Below are positions 1-9,303 of a stretch of DNA of 64,000 nt, piece after piece. Numbering within the stretch: position 1 is the stretch's first letter; each line of letters opens with the position of its first letter. Where the stretch lies: the NCBI GenBank assembly GCA_902628045.1, contig CACOLU010000001.1:10672-74671 (forward strand), written 5' to 3'. The position numbers and the translations under genes were made by a program. Source of the stretch: an uncultured Candidatus Actinomarina sp. (GTDB lineage Bacteria > Actinomycetota > Acidimicrobiia > Actinomarinales > Actinomarinaceae). The notes below the pieces were generated by a model. The model was not told the origin of the DNA and ran no database searches. It was given only the letters and a program-made list of their open reading frames with translations.

Positions 1-363
1 GCTGGTCTAGAAGAAGACCCATTTGGCAGTGGTTATCCGGCACTTAGTGAAGAGATGGTAATTGAATCTAACCCTGACTTTATAGTTGTTGGGCACTCAG
101 ATTACTTAAATAAGGACCTGTCCATTAGGGATGGTTGGGGTAACTTAACAGCAGTTCAGAATTCTAATGTTTATTTTCTTGATGACACATTGGCTAGCAA
201 CTGGGGTACTACCACTGTTCAGCTGGTCAGTTCGCTTGCAGGTGTGTTTGAAGAAAGTGCTCAAACCAACGTTTATTCAGATTATTTACTATTACTATCA
301 TTAATGGTTTTAGTAATAATGTTGTTTGTATTTACAAGAAAAACAACAAAAGAAAAAATTTAA
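1..363 (+). CDS. ABC-transporter substrate-binding protein (FecB/BtuF-like), C-terminal part; 5' end outside window
   Basis: Frame 1 is open from base 1 (AGLEEDPFGSGYPALSEE) into the listed ORF. NPDFIVVGHSDY...NVYFLDD resembles siderophore/cobalamin-type binding proteins. Ends in a hydrophobic stretch LLLLSLMVLVIMLFVF followed by RKTTKEK. Confidence 0.6.
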   Translation, partial: AGLEEDPFGSGYPALSEEMVIESNPDFIVVGHSDYLNKDLSIRDGWGNLTAVQNSNVYFLDDTLASNWGTTTVQLVSSLAGVFEESAQTNVYSDYLLLLSLMVLVIMLFVFTRKTTKEKI

Positions 364-372
364 AGGAGATTT

Positions 373-1281
373 ATGAAAGGATACTCAAGCGATTTATACA
401 TTCTTGCATTTGACCACAGAGGCACCTTAACCAAAGGACTTTTGGGCGTTGAGGGAAGAGCACCCAGTGGTGATGAGGTCGCAAGAGTATCCTCCATGAA
501 AGATATAATTTTTGATGGTTTTCTTGAAGCAAGAAATCAAGGCATCGAGGGTGGAGACCCGGCAATATTAGTTGACGAGGCATTTGGCATACAAGTACAA
601 GAAAAAGCAAAAGAAATGGGAATTAAATTTGCTGCTCCCGTGGAAAAGTCTGGACAAAAAGTGTTCGACTTCGAATACGGAGATGAGTTTGGTGAGAAAA
701 TAAAGGAAGTTAATGCAGACTTTGTAAAAATTTTAGTGCGTTGGAACCCAGATGATGATACAGACACAAGACAAATTCAAGGCGAAAGAATTAAAACATT
801 ATCTGACTGGCTTGATGAAAACGAACGAAAATTTCTTTTAGAGTTTTTAGTTCCTGCGTCTGAACAACAGTTAGAAAGTGTTGGTGGTGACCAGTCTAGA
901 TATGATTCAGAAATTAGACCAAGACTTGCTGTACAAGTAGTGGAGGAAATGCGGGAGCGAGGAGCTGATCCAGACATTTGGAAGATCGAAGGATTAGACA
1001 CCACTGATGATTGTGAAAATGTTTCAAAAGTAATCAAAGACGGTGGCAGAGAAGATGTCATAGCTGTTGTTCTTGGTAGGGGCGCTAATGATGAAAAGGT
1101 TAATGAATGGTTAAGAGCCGGATCATCAGTTGACGGATACAAAGGTTTTGCAATTGGTAGATCTATCTTCTGGAATTCTCTTAAAGGATGGCATGCTGGT
1201 GAGAAATCACGCGAGGAGGCTGTTTCAGAAATAGCAAACTCTTACCTAAGTTTTATATCTGTATATCAAAACGGGAGTTAA
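373..1281 (+). CDS. class I aldolase-like (beta/alpha)8 protein, DUF2090/Cgl0159-like (IolC C-terminal-domain-like)
   Basis: 302 aa; AGGAG RBS before the ATG. LAFDHRG...FVKILVRWNP...LEFLVP pattern recalls the LacD/DUF2090 aldolase fold. Confidence 0.55.
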   Translation: MKGYSSDLYILAFDHRGTLTKGLLGVEGRAPSGDEVARVSSMKDIIFDGFLEARNQGIEGGDPAILVDEAFGIQVQEKAKEMGIKFAAPVEKSGQKVFDFEYGDEFGEKIKEVNADFVKILVRWNPDDDTDTRQIQGERIKTLSDWLDENERKFLLEFLVPASEQQLESVGGDQSRYDSEIRPRLAVQVVEEMRERGADPDIWKIEGLDTTDDCENVSKVIKDGGREDVIAVVLGRGANDEKVNEWLRAGSSVDGYKGFAIGRSIFWNSLKGWHAGEKSREEAVSEIANSYLSFISVYQNGS

Positions 1282-1284
1282 AAA

Positions 1285-2487
1285 ATGCCACAAGGCAAAG
1301 CAGTAATTGGACAATCCGGCGGTCCAACAGCTGTTATAAATAAATCACTAGTTGGGTTTATTAAAGAGGCTACCAAATCAGATTTCGATGAAATTCTTGG
1401 TGCAAGACATGGGTTAGCGGGTATGCTCAGTGAAGATTTTGTTGATTTATCAGATTTATCTGAAACTCAGCTTTATGGAATTGGTAAAACCCCTGCTGCA
1501 GCGCTCGGTTCGGTAAGAAAAAAACCGACAGATTCTGATATAGAACAGCTTGTATCAACGTTTGAAAAACAAAATATTAGAAACTTCTTTTACATAGGGG
1601 GCAATGATTCTGCTGAAACAGCAAACTTAGTTTCTGAAGGAGCAAAATCTAAAGGATATGACATGAAAGCATTTCATATACCAAAAACTATTGATAATGA
1701 CCTACTTGAAACAGACCACTGCCCAGGTTACGGTTCAGCTGCTCGTTTTGTAGCTCACGCCTTTCAAGGTGATGACGCTGACAATAGAAGCCTAAAAGGA
1801 ATCAAGATAAATGTTTTAATGGGGAGACATGCCGGATGGCTTACTGCTGCAAGTACTTTAGGAAAATCTACTGAAGAAGACGGACCACATTTGGTATATG
1901 TGCCTGAAAAAGTTTTCAAAATTGATGAATTTTTAAAGGAAGTCAAAGATGTTTATGATTCACTTGGAAGATGTGTAGTCGCTGTCTCTGAGGGTATTCA
2001 TAACGAAAACGGTGAATACTTCTTGCAAACATACGCAAGCGAAACAGGATCTGGCCTAGCTGGAAAAAAAGATAGTCACGGAAACATTCAACTTTCAGGT
2101 TCAGGAGCACTTGGTGATACATTAACAAATATTGTTTCAGAACACATTGACGGAGCAAGAGTTAGAGCTGACACTTTTGGATATTTGCAAAGGTCTTTTC
2201 TTGCCGACGTCTCTGAGGTAGATGCTGAAGAAGCCGAGAGAGTTGGACAACACGCTGTAGTTGCTTCAAAGGAAATTCAAAGTGGTTCTGTAATTCTTAA
2301 AAGACAACTATCAGAAACATATAGCTGTGATGTTGATGTTGTAGATTTAAGCAAGGTTGCAAAGTACACAAAAGACATGCCACAAGAATTTTTAGATAAA
2401 AGTAAGCCATATGTTACAAATGAATTTTTTGAATATGCAATGCCTCTTACAGGAGGAATAGAACCAAAAACACAAATTTTTGTTTAG
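1285..2487 (+). CDS. pfp: 6-phosphofructokinase family, predicted pyrophosphate-dependent (PFP)
   Basis: QSGGPTAVIN, GGNDS and PKTIDND motifs. Asp at the E. coli Gly104-equivalent and Lys at the Gly124-equivalent are the known PPi-specificity determinants. Confidence 0.75.
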   Translation: MPQGKAVIGQSGGPTAVINKSLVGFIKEATKSDFDEILGARHGLAGMLSEDFVDLSDLSETQLYGIGKTPAAALGSVRKKPTDSDIEQLVSTFEKQNIRNFFYIGGNDSAETANLVSEGAKSKGYDMKAFHIPKTIDNDLLETDHCPGYGSAARFVAHAFQGDDADNRSLKGIKINVLMGRHAGWLTAASTLGKSTEEDGPHLVYVPEKVFKIDEFLKEVKDVYDSLGRCVVAVSEGIHNENGEYFLQTYASETGSGLAGKKDSHGNIQLSGSGALGDTLTNIVSEHIDGARVRADTFGYLQRSFLADVSEVDAEEAERVGQHAVVASKEIQSGSVILKRQLSETYSCDVDVVDLSKVAKYTKDMPQEFLDKSKPYVTNEFFEYAMPLTGGIEPKTQIFV

Positions 2488-2922
2488 ATGTCAAAAATAA
2501 CTTTATCCAGAGATGAATTTGAATCTTTTTGGGAAGCAACTGTTCGATATTATGAACTCGATCCTCAAGGGGTGATGCACAACGCTAACCATGTAGCATT
2601 TTTTGACCAGGCAATTACTGCCTATTTTAAGCATATAAATTACGATTACTTGAAGGAAATTCATGAAACAAAAAAAGATTTTCATACCGTACAGGTATTA
2701 GTCCAATACAACAAGCCTCTCTATTTTGATCAAGATATAGAAATCGGCGTCAAAGTGAAAGAAATAGGAAACTCAAGTATGACCTGGATTATGGGAATGT
2801 TTTTAAAAGAAACAGGGGAATTAGTAAGTTCTTGTGAGGCTGTTCATGTTTATACAGATCAAACAACCATGAAAGCTACACCAATAACTGAAGACCTCAA
2901 AGAAAAACTTCAGTTTAATTAA
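2488..2922 (+). CDS. acyl-CoA thioesterase, 4HBT/YbgC-like hotdog fold
   Basis: 144 aa. N-terminal VRYYELDPQGVMHNANHVAFFDQA matches the YbgC/4HBT catalytic-Asp region. Confidence 0.6.
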   Translation: MSKITLSRDEFESFWEATVRYYELDPQGVMHNANHVAFFDQAITAYFKHINYDYLKEIHETKKDFHTVQVLVQYNKPLYFDQDIEIGVKVKEIGNSSMTWIMGMFLKETGELVSSCEAVHVYTDQTTMKATPITEDLKEKLQFN

Positions 2923-2950
2923 TTGAAACCAAGACGTTAATATTGTTCAT

Positions 2951-4054
2951 ATGAACGAGAGAAGATACGACATTGACGCCTTGAGGTCAATAGCAATGTT
3001 TTTACTTATTTTTTATCATCTTGGAATTTCATTTACCTCACTCTCTCCATACATTCTTTTTGTTCAAAATAAAAGAATTTCTGATGGAATTTGGCCATTA
3101 CTCAACTTACTAAACACATGGAGGTTACCCCTAGTCTTTTTAATTGCTGGAATTGCTTTAAGGTTATCGTTTCAAAAAAGATCGCGTCCAGAAATCCTTA
3201 AAGAAAGAGTCAAGATTCTTGTAGTCCCATGGTTGTTTGGAACTATTACTTTTGCTACAGCTTCTCTCATAATTGCAGTTACATATTATGAGGGATGGTC
3301 TCCCGACTCACTATGGTTAATATTTTCTGCTTTTGAATTTAACGGTGTTCATTTATGGTTTCTTTTAAATATCTTAATTTACTGCATTCTGTTAGTTCCT
3401 GTATTAAATTTTATTTCTAATAAAAAGCAAAAATTAGGTATCTTTTCTTTTTTACTGCAAAAACCTGGAGGTATATTTATATTTTCAATACCTATTATTG
3501 CTGAAGGTTATTTTTTAAACCTTCTTAGATTTAACCCAGATTCCTATTATGGAGATTTTTACAATGGATACGCAAACACCGAGCACGGGCTTTTACTCGG
3601 TTTTCTATGGTTCTTAATTGGCATAGTATTAACTTCGCAAGGTGATATTTTTTGGGAATCTAATAAAAGAAATTGGCGTATCCACCTAGTTTTTGGAATT
3701 GTCTCTTATTTGTATAGATGGGAGAATAATTTTCAAAATGATTATGCGCTGGATAATAGACTAATAGCTTTCGAGTCTTTTAATTTTATTTTTGCGCTTC
3801 TGGGCCTTGCTGCAGTCTATTTAAACAAAGACTCACCACAATTAACCTATTACAAAACAGCTGTATATCCTGTGTACATTGTCCATCTACCCGTACAAAT
3901 GGCAGTAATGTATTTTTTTGCAGGTATAAATATTCATCCAATAATTAAATTTCCAATTGCTCTGTTCTTGATTTGCTTTCTTTCTTTAACGATTTATCAC
4001 GCAATAAAAAATATAAAGCCATTAAGGCCATTATTTGGTTTGAGAAATAAATAA
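2951..4054 (+). CDS. acyltransferase 3 family integral membrane protein
   Basis: 367 aa, about 10 TM. N-terminal RYDIDALRSIAMFLLIFYHL is typical of acyltransferase_3/OpgC-like proteins. Confidence 0.6.
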   Translation: MNERRYDIDALRSIAMFLLIFYHLGISFTSLSPYILFVQNKRISDGIWPLLNLLNTWRLPLVFLIAGIALRLSFQKRSRPEILKERVKILVVPWLFGTITFATASLIIAVTYYEGWSPDSLWLIFSAFEFNGVHLWFLLNILIYCILLVPVLNFISNKKQKLGIFSFLLQKPGGIFIFSIPIIAEGYFLNLLRFNPDSYYGDFYNGYANTEHGLLLGFLWFLIGIVLTSQGDIFWESNKRNWRIHLVFGIVSYLYRWENNFQNDYALDNRLIAFESFNFIFALLGLAAVYLNKDSPQLTYYKTAVYPVYIVHLPVQMAVMYFFAGINIHPIIKFPIALFLICFLSLTIYHAIKNIKPLRPLFGLRNK

Positions 4055-4056
4055 AA

Positions 4057-4548
4057 TTGAAAAAAACATATTTAATAATTTTTACTCTTCTCTTAAATTT
4101 ATGTTCTACTTCTAGTGATGAAGGAGTAGCTTCTCTATCAAATGAAACAACCACCACTTCGGTTATATCAGAAGAGGATTATCCAATTGTTTTAACTCAA
4201 TGCTTAAACGAAGAAATGGGGTATAACATAGCAACTCCATTTGATATACAAGATTTAAAAACTACAATTAGTCAGTTGAGCAACAGCAAAGATGAGGAGC
4301 TGAAGTTGAGGGAAGATGTTGATTACTGCATTAGCAAATATAATCTCTGGTCAGATTCATCTTCCTTGAATCCAGAAGAGCTTGCCAAAATATATGATGA
4401 AAATCTTGAATTGGCTAAGTGCTTAAGAGAAAAAGGGTTAAATGTTCCTGATCCAAGCCAACAAGAACCTAAGGTTGATTTAAGTGGGCTCAAGGAATCT
4501 AAAGATGATATTATGCCGTTGTTACAAGAATGTGGTTGGCAAAAATAA
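4057..4548 (+). CDS. acidic lipoprotein with two 2-Cys modules (paralogue A)
   Basis: TTG start; signal peptide plus lipobox LNLC(16)S. Modules LTQC..C and LAKCLREKGLNVPDP..C, with exactly 4 non-lipobox Cys. Confidence 0.75.
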   Translation: MKKTYLIIFTLLLNLCSTSSDEGVASLSNETTTTSVISEEDYPIVLTQCLNEEMGYNIATPFDIQDLKTTISQLSNSKDEELKLREDVDYCISKYNLWSDSSSLNPEELAKIYDENLELAKCLREKGLNVPDPSQQEPKVDLSGLKESKDDIMPLLQECGWQK

Positions 4549-4565
4549 GTATTAAATTAAGTCTT

Positions 4566-5156
4566 ATGAAAAAATATTTAACTATCTTCTCATTACTTAC
4601 ATTTGTTTTTATCTCTGCATGCTCTTCATCAGATGATTCGCAAGGAGTTGTTTCTACAACAGATTTATCAAGTGACACAACAGTTACAACGATTGTAGAG
4701 GAAGTTGCTGAAGAGTTAGTTTCAGTTGAAGATACACAACTTTTACTAGCTAAGTGCTTAAGAAAAAATGGATACGATATTACTGATCCTAAAAATGATC
4801 AGAGTTTACAAAGTGTTCTTCGACCAGTATTTTTAGCTGCTGATCAAAAAGGAAGAGAAGAACTTTTTGAGACAATTCAGACATGCGCTGATGAAAACAA
4901 TATTCCTCTGGGTGGCACCGCAGAATTCGAAAATCCCGAAGAAGTTGCAGATACATTAGATACTGAACTGGAATTTGCTCAATGTTTGCGAGGAAAAGGA
5001 ATAGAGGTTAAAGACCCGAATGCTGAAATACCTCTTAGATCTATTCTTATTAGCCTTGTACAATCTGGAGAATACATTGAAGATCAAATCAGAGAAGCTG
5101 CTGGAGAGTGCTTTGACGATCTTGGACTTGAACCACCACAACAAGGTGGAGGATAA
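4566..5156 (+). CDS. acidic lipoprotein with two 2-Cys modules (paralogue B)
   Basis: Start moved to the internal ATG giving MKKYLTIFSLLTFVFISAC (lipobox). Modules LAKCLRKNGYDITDP..C and FAQCLRGKGIEVKDP..C. Confidence 0.75.
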   Translation: MKKYLTIFSLLTFVFISACSSSDDSQGVVSTTDLSSDTTVTTIVEEVAEELVSVEDTQLLLAKCLRKNGYDITDPKNDQSLQSVLRPVFLAADQKGREELFETIQTCADENNIPLGGTAEFENPEEVADTLDTELEFAQCLRGKGIEVKDPNAEIPLRSILISLVQSGEYIEDQIREAAGECFDDLGLEPPQQGGG

Positions 5157-5181
5157 GACCAGGTTTCTTTATAATTTTTCT

Positions 5182-5781
5182 ATGTATAAAAAAGCTACAG
5201 CAATACTCATTCTTTTCACAGCATGTTCTTTTTTTCAACAAGATGAGCAATCTGTTGTCTCTGTTGCGGATACTGACAAAGGAAAAGAGGCAATGGCTTC
5301 TGGTGTGCAGCTTACAGACGAACGCGAAGAAATTTCAGACGAGGATGCACCTCTAGTGCTTGTTCAGTGTGTTAATGAATCAGGATATAAATTTAAAGAA
5401 CCAAAGAACTTTTTAGATCTTTACACCACAATTGCTTCATATTTTGAAACCATAACGGAACAAGAGGCTGAGGAGCTCTGGAACATAATCGAGGAATGTG
5501 CTTTGAAATATAATTTATGGGGGTTAGCAGATGAAAACCAATTTGAAGACCCAGCACAAGTATCAAAAGAAATTGATAGATCATTATTTATGGCGAAGTG
5601 TTTTAGAGAAAGTGGATATCCAAAAGTCCCAGATCCAGACTATTTCAACAGAGAAGTCAGATTAGATGCTTATATTGATGAAGACTGGGAGCTTAGAGAA
5701 GAAGATCCATTAGTACAGACATGGCAGGCATGTGAAGATAAATTACCAGAAGAGCTAAAAGATGAGGAGTGGGATGCATAA
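5182..5781 (+). CDS. acidic lipoprotein with two 2-Cys modules (paralogue C)
   Basis: Start moved to the ATG giving MYKKATAILILFTAC (lipobox). Modules LVQCVNESGYKFKEP..C and MAKCFRESGYPKVPDP..C. The first module ends C-x-x-KYNLW as in paralogue A. Confidence 0.75.
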   Translation: MYKKATAILILFTACSFFQQDEQSVVSVADTDKGKEAMASGVQLTDEREEISDEDAPLVLVQCVNESGYKFKEPKNFLDLYTTIASYFETITEQEAEELWNIIEECALKYNLWGLADENQFEDPAQVSKEIDRSLFMAKCFRESGYPKVPDPDYFNREVRLDAYIDEDWELREEDPLVQTWQACEDKLPEELKDEEWDA

Positions 5782-5847
5782 AAAACAAAGTAAAAAAATT
5801 TCTCAGAATACACACAGGTTTAATAAACTACTCTAACTGGAACAATA

Positions 5848-7428
5848 ATGAAAAATATATTTAAATTAAAAAACTTGTACATTCTAATAGCGGTGCTCGC
5901 ATTAGGTTATGGTGGTTATTATTTTGGCACTCAGAACACAGAATCGTCTACAAGCAACAAAACCCTAGAACTTACTACTGTTGCTATACAAAAAGGTGAC
6001 TTGGCAAAAAAGGAAGAATACAACGGAACCTTAAGACAGACTGACAGTAAAGTGCTCAACTCACCAATGTCAGGAGTTGTTACTTTTGTTCCTAAAGAGG
6101 GAACCATTATTAATTTCGGAGAAGTTTTATTTGCCGTCGACAACAAACCTGTAATTCTAGTCGAAGGAGTTACACCCTTTTATAGAACTTTAGATTTAAA
6201 CTCTGATGCTGGTCCTGATGTTTTACAACTTGAAGAAGCTCTTGTGTTCTTGGGTTATGCAGCAGAAGACTTTGTACCAGATGAAACTTTTGATGAAACT
6301 ACTTCGAATATGCTCAATGCACTATATATAGACTATAAGATTGACACAAAATCTGAAATAACTCCTTCCGAGCAAGTAACGATTAACTTAAAACAGACCG
6401 AAGTTGAAAGTATTGAAGACACAATATCAAATGGTGGAACAACATTAGCTGAAGTCAATAGCAAAAAGAAAACATTAGACGATGCTATAGAAAACTCAAC
6501 AAAAGAAAATGCTGCTTGGCAGGCAGCCAATAATTTAATTGAAGATTACTATCAACAAATCAATCTTTTAAAAGATCTCACAAATCCTAAAACCAATGCT
6601 AAATCACAAGAAACAAGAGATGAAGAAATAAAAAATTATGAAGATTTAATTGAAGAACAAAAAAGAATTAGAGAAATGGAAGAAGGGGAAGGATCTGTTG
6701 TTGACGGAGCAGAAGAATTAGCAATAGAGAATGCCCAAAAAGCATATGATGATGCATTAGAGAGTTACAATAAAGGTGTTGATCAGGAAGCAGAACTAGC
6801 TAAAGCAAAAGAAGAGCTTGAAGAGCTCAAATTAACAGCAAGATCTGAAACCTTTAGTCCTACAAATGCTTATGCTTCAAAAACACCGATAATTATAGGC
6901 TCCTATATTAACGATGTAGGGTCGGCGGTTGTGTTAAATTCTCCACTCTATAATATTTCTTCTATTGGAATTGAAGTTGTTTTCCAAGTTGATGCAACAG
7001 ACCAAGAAACAGTATCTCTTGGAGACAGTGTTGAGATAGAGCTTCCTACAGACGAAAGAGTACCAACTGTAATTACTTTCATAGACCAGGTTGTAACACA
7101 AACTCAAGCAGGAGAATTTATAGAGGTTACTTTAGAAGTTCTTAATCCAGAAGAAATTGAGGCTTATGATCAAGCTCCAGTAAAAGTTTTTGTCACTACA
7201 GAGATTTCCAAAAACGTTCTTTTTGTTCCGGTGAATGCACTTCTTGCTTTAGCAGAAGGAGGATATGCTTTAGAAGTTTACGACGGTGAGCTTGATACCG
7301 GAACATTTGAAGGAGAGTCTGGTGTAGATACTAGTTACGTTGCTGTTGAAATAGGTGTATTTACTGATGGCTTTGTTGAAGTAAAAGGAAATATCTCAGA
7401 GGGTCAAATAGTAGTTGTACCAAGATGA
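5848..7428 (+). CDS. HlyD/MacA-type periplasmic adaptor with peptidoglycan-binding domain and long coiled coil
   Basis: N-terminal TM helix. PG_binding_1-like GPDVLQLEEALVFLGYAAEDFVPDETFDETT. About 200 aa E/K/A-rich helical region, then a C-terminal beta-barrel-like VFVPVNALL...GQIVVVP. Confidence 0.75.
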   Translation: MKNIFKLKNLYILIAVLALGYGGYYFGTQNTESSTSNKTLELTTVAIQKGDLAKKEEYNGTLRQTDSKVLNSPMSGVVTFVPKEGTIINFGEVLFAVDNKPVILVEGVTPFYRTLDLNSDAGPDVLQLEEALVFLGYAAEDFVPDETFDETTSNMLNALYIDYKIDTKSEITPSEQVTINLKQTEVESIEDTISNGGTTLAEVNSKKKTLDDAIENSTKENAAWQAANNLIEDYYQQINLLKDLTNPKTNAKSQETRDEEIKNYEDLIEEQKRIREMEEGEGSVVDGAEELAIENAQKAYDDALESYNKGVDQEAELAKAKEELEELKLTARSETFSPTNAYASKTPIIIGSYINDVGSAVVLNSPLYNISSIGIEVVFQVDATDQETVSLGDSVEIELPTDERVPTVITFIDQVVTQTQAGEFIEVTLEVLNPEEIEAYDQAPVKVFVTTEISKNVLFVPVNALLALAEGGYALEVYDGELDTGTFEGESGVDTSYVAVEIGVFTDGFVEVKGNISEGQIVVVPR

Positions 7429-8105
7429 AAACCAGTACAAAAACTGTAATCACTATAAATAATATTTCAAAAGTTTACGAAGGCCCCCCACCTGTAAAAG
7501 CTTTAGACGGTGTCTCGCTTGAAATTAAAGAAGGAGATTTTGTCTCAATAGTTGGTCAATCAGGCAGTGGAAAATCAACATTTTTAAATATGATTGGCCT
7601 ACTAGACAGCATAACTGATGGTTCTATTGAAATTGAGGGAAAAGACGTCTCAGAACTTTCAGACAATGAGCTATCAAAGTTTAGAGGTGAGAAAATTGGG
7701 TTCATATTTCAAAGCTTTTTTCTACTGCCTGGATTAACTGCTCAGGAAAATGTCGCCGAAGGTCTTTTATACCAAGGAATTTCAAGATCAGAGAGATTAG
7801 AAAAGGCTAAGGAAGTTTTAGAACAAGTTGGTCTTGGAGATAGGCTGACTCATTTGCCAAAAGAATTGTCTGGGGGTCAGCAACAAAGAGTGGCGATTGC
7901 ACGAGCTCTTGTGCAGGATCCTGCATTCGTTCTAGCAGATGAACCAACAGGAAATTTAGATATGGAATCTGGCATAAATATACTTAATATTTTAAAAGAT
8001 TTAAACAATCAAGGTAAAACAGTAATAATGATCACTCACAACCAAGAGCATGCAAGCATGTTTAAAAAAGTTATTGAATTAGTTGACGGAAAAATAGTAA
8101 ATTAA
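7425..8105 (+). CDS. ABC transporter ATP-binding protein, MacB/LolD type
   Basis: Walker [10 protein letters not shown], signature [15 protein letters not shown], Walker [13 protein letters not shown] overlap with the adaptor gene. Confidence 0.9.
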   Translation: MKTSTKTVITINNISKVYEGPPPVKALDGVSLEIKEGDFVSIVGQSGSGKSTFLNMIGLLDSITDGSIEIEGKDVSELSDNELSKFRGEKIGFIFQSFFLLPGLTAQENVAEGLLYQGISRSERLEKAKEVLEQVGLGDRLTHLPKELSGGQQQRVAIARALVQDPAFVLADEPTGNLDMESGINILNILKDLNNQGKTVIMITHNQEHASMFKKVIELVDGKIVN

Positions 8106-9289
8106 TGAAAAGAAACAGACTAAAGATAAAAGACTTATTTTTTGTAGCTTTGTATGGGGTAAGAGCTAGAAAAGGCAGAGCAACACTTACATCAATAGGT
8201 ATTGGTATTGGAATCGCAGCAATCGTTGCAGTATCTGGAATTTCAGCTTCAGGCAGGGCAGATCTTCTTTCAACATTGGAGTCTCTTGGTACTAACTTAG
8301 TTAAAGCATCACCGCAAGCAGGTTTTTTCGGAACACAGGAAGAACTTCCAAAAGGAGTTTTGGGAATGGTTGAAAGGATAGGTCCAGTTCAAGAAGTTAC
8401 TTCTACAACCCAAACAGACCTTCTTGTAAGGAGAAGTAATTTTATTTCAGAATTTGAAGGTGGTGGTATTTCAACAATTGTTACTAGTGCTGAATTACTA
8501 GATGTTATAGGCGGTAATTTAATTGATGGTAGATTTATTGAGGATGGGCTCTCTGATATTCCAGTAACAGTTTTAGGCAATGTAACTGCTCAGCGATTAG
8601 GAATTAATAATTTAAACACGCCTACAAAGATATTGATAGAAAATGAATGGTTTGGAGTAGTTGGAATATTAGAAGAGCTTAAAATTCACCCAGACCTAGA
8701 TAGATCTGTGTTTATTGGATATGGTGTAGCAAAGACACTTTTTGATATTGACGAAGAGCCAACAACTATTTATTTAAGAGCTAACCCAACATTTATTGAG
8801 GATGTTGTTGAAGTACTTGCGCCATCAATGAATCCTGAAAACCCAGATCAAGTTGAAGTGACTCGCCCATCTGATGCACTCGAAGCACAACAAGCAGCTG
8901 AAGAAGCGTTTACCAATTTACTTTTAGGACTTGGTTCGGTTGCACTTCTTGTAGGTGGTGTAGCTATTGCAAATGTAATGGTTATGTCAGTTTTAGAGAG
9001 AAGAATGGAGATTGGAGTTAGAAGATCTATTGGCGCAACAAGGAGAGAAATACGATACCAGTTTTTACTAGAAAGTATTGTCTTATCTGGAATAGGTGGC
9101 CTTGTTGGGGTGCTTCTGGGAACAGCAATAACCCTGGGTTATACTAATTACACAAATATTGTATTCTCAATACCAGTATGGCAAATATTTGGAGCAGTGC
9201 TTTTAGCGTTATTAATCGGAGCTATTTCTGGTGTCTATCCAGCTATAAAGGCTTCAAAAATTCAACCAGCAGAGGCAGTTCGAAAATAA
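8105..9289 (+). CDS. ABC transporter permease, FtsX/MacB type with large extracytoplasmic domain
   Basis: 394 aa: TM1, about 200 aa loop, then 3 C-terminal TMs with the RRREIGVR-like motif (ERRMEIGVRRSIGATRREI). Ends YPAIKASKIQPAEAVR. Confidence 0.9.
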   Translation: MKRNRLKIKDLFFVALYGVRARKGRATLTSIGIGIGIAAIVAVSGISASGRADLLSTLESLGTNLVKASPQAGFFGTQEELPKGVLGMVERIGPVQEVTSTTQTDLLVRRSNFISEFEGGGISTIVTSAELLDVIGGNLIDGRFIEDGLSDIPVTVLGNVTAQRLGINNLNTPTKILIENEWFGVVGILEELKIHPDLDRSVFIGYGVAKTLFDIDEEPTTIYLRANPTFIEDVVEVLAPSMNPENPDQVEVTRPSDALEAQQAAEEAFTNLLLGLGSVALLVGGVAIANVMVMSVLERRMEIGVRRSIGATRREIRYQFLLESIVLSGIGGLVGVLLGTAITLGYTNYTNIVFSIPVWQIFGAVLLALLIGAISGVYPAIKASKIQPAEAVRK

Positions 9290-9303
9290 ATATTCTTATT
9301 TTT

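Noticed and set aside
4530-4565. N-terminal extensions of track ORFs: 4530-4565, 5020-5181, 9178-9303, 16606-16680, 49755-49763, 52161-52208, 62168-62191 and 63162-63263.
   Set aside because: The extensions overlap upstream or divergent genes, or (52161-52208) a terminator hairpin. Internal ATGs give canonical signal peptides, RBS spacing or homologue-like N-termini.
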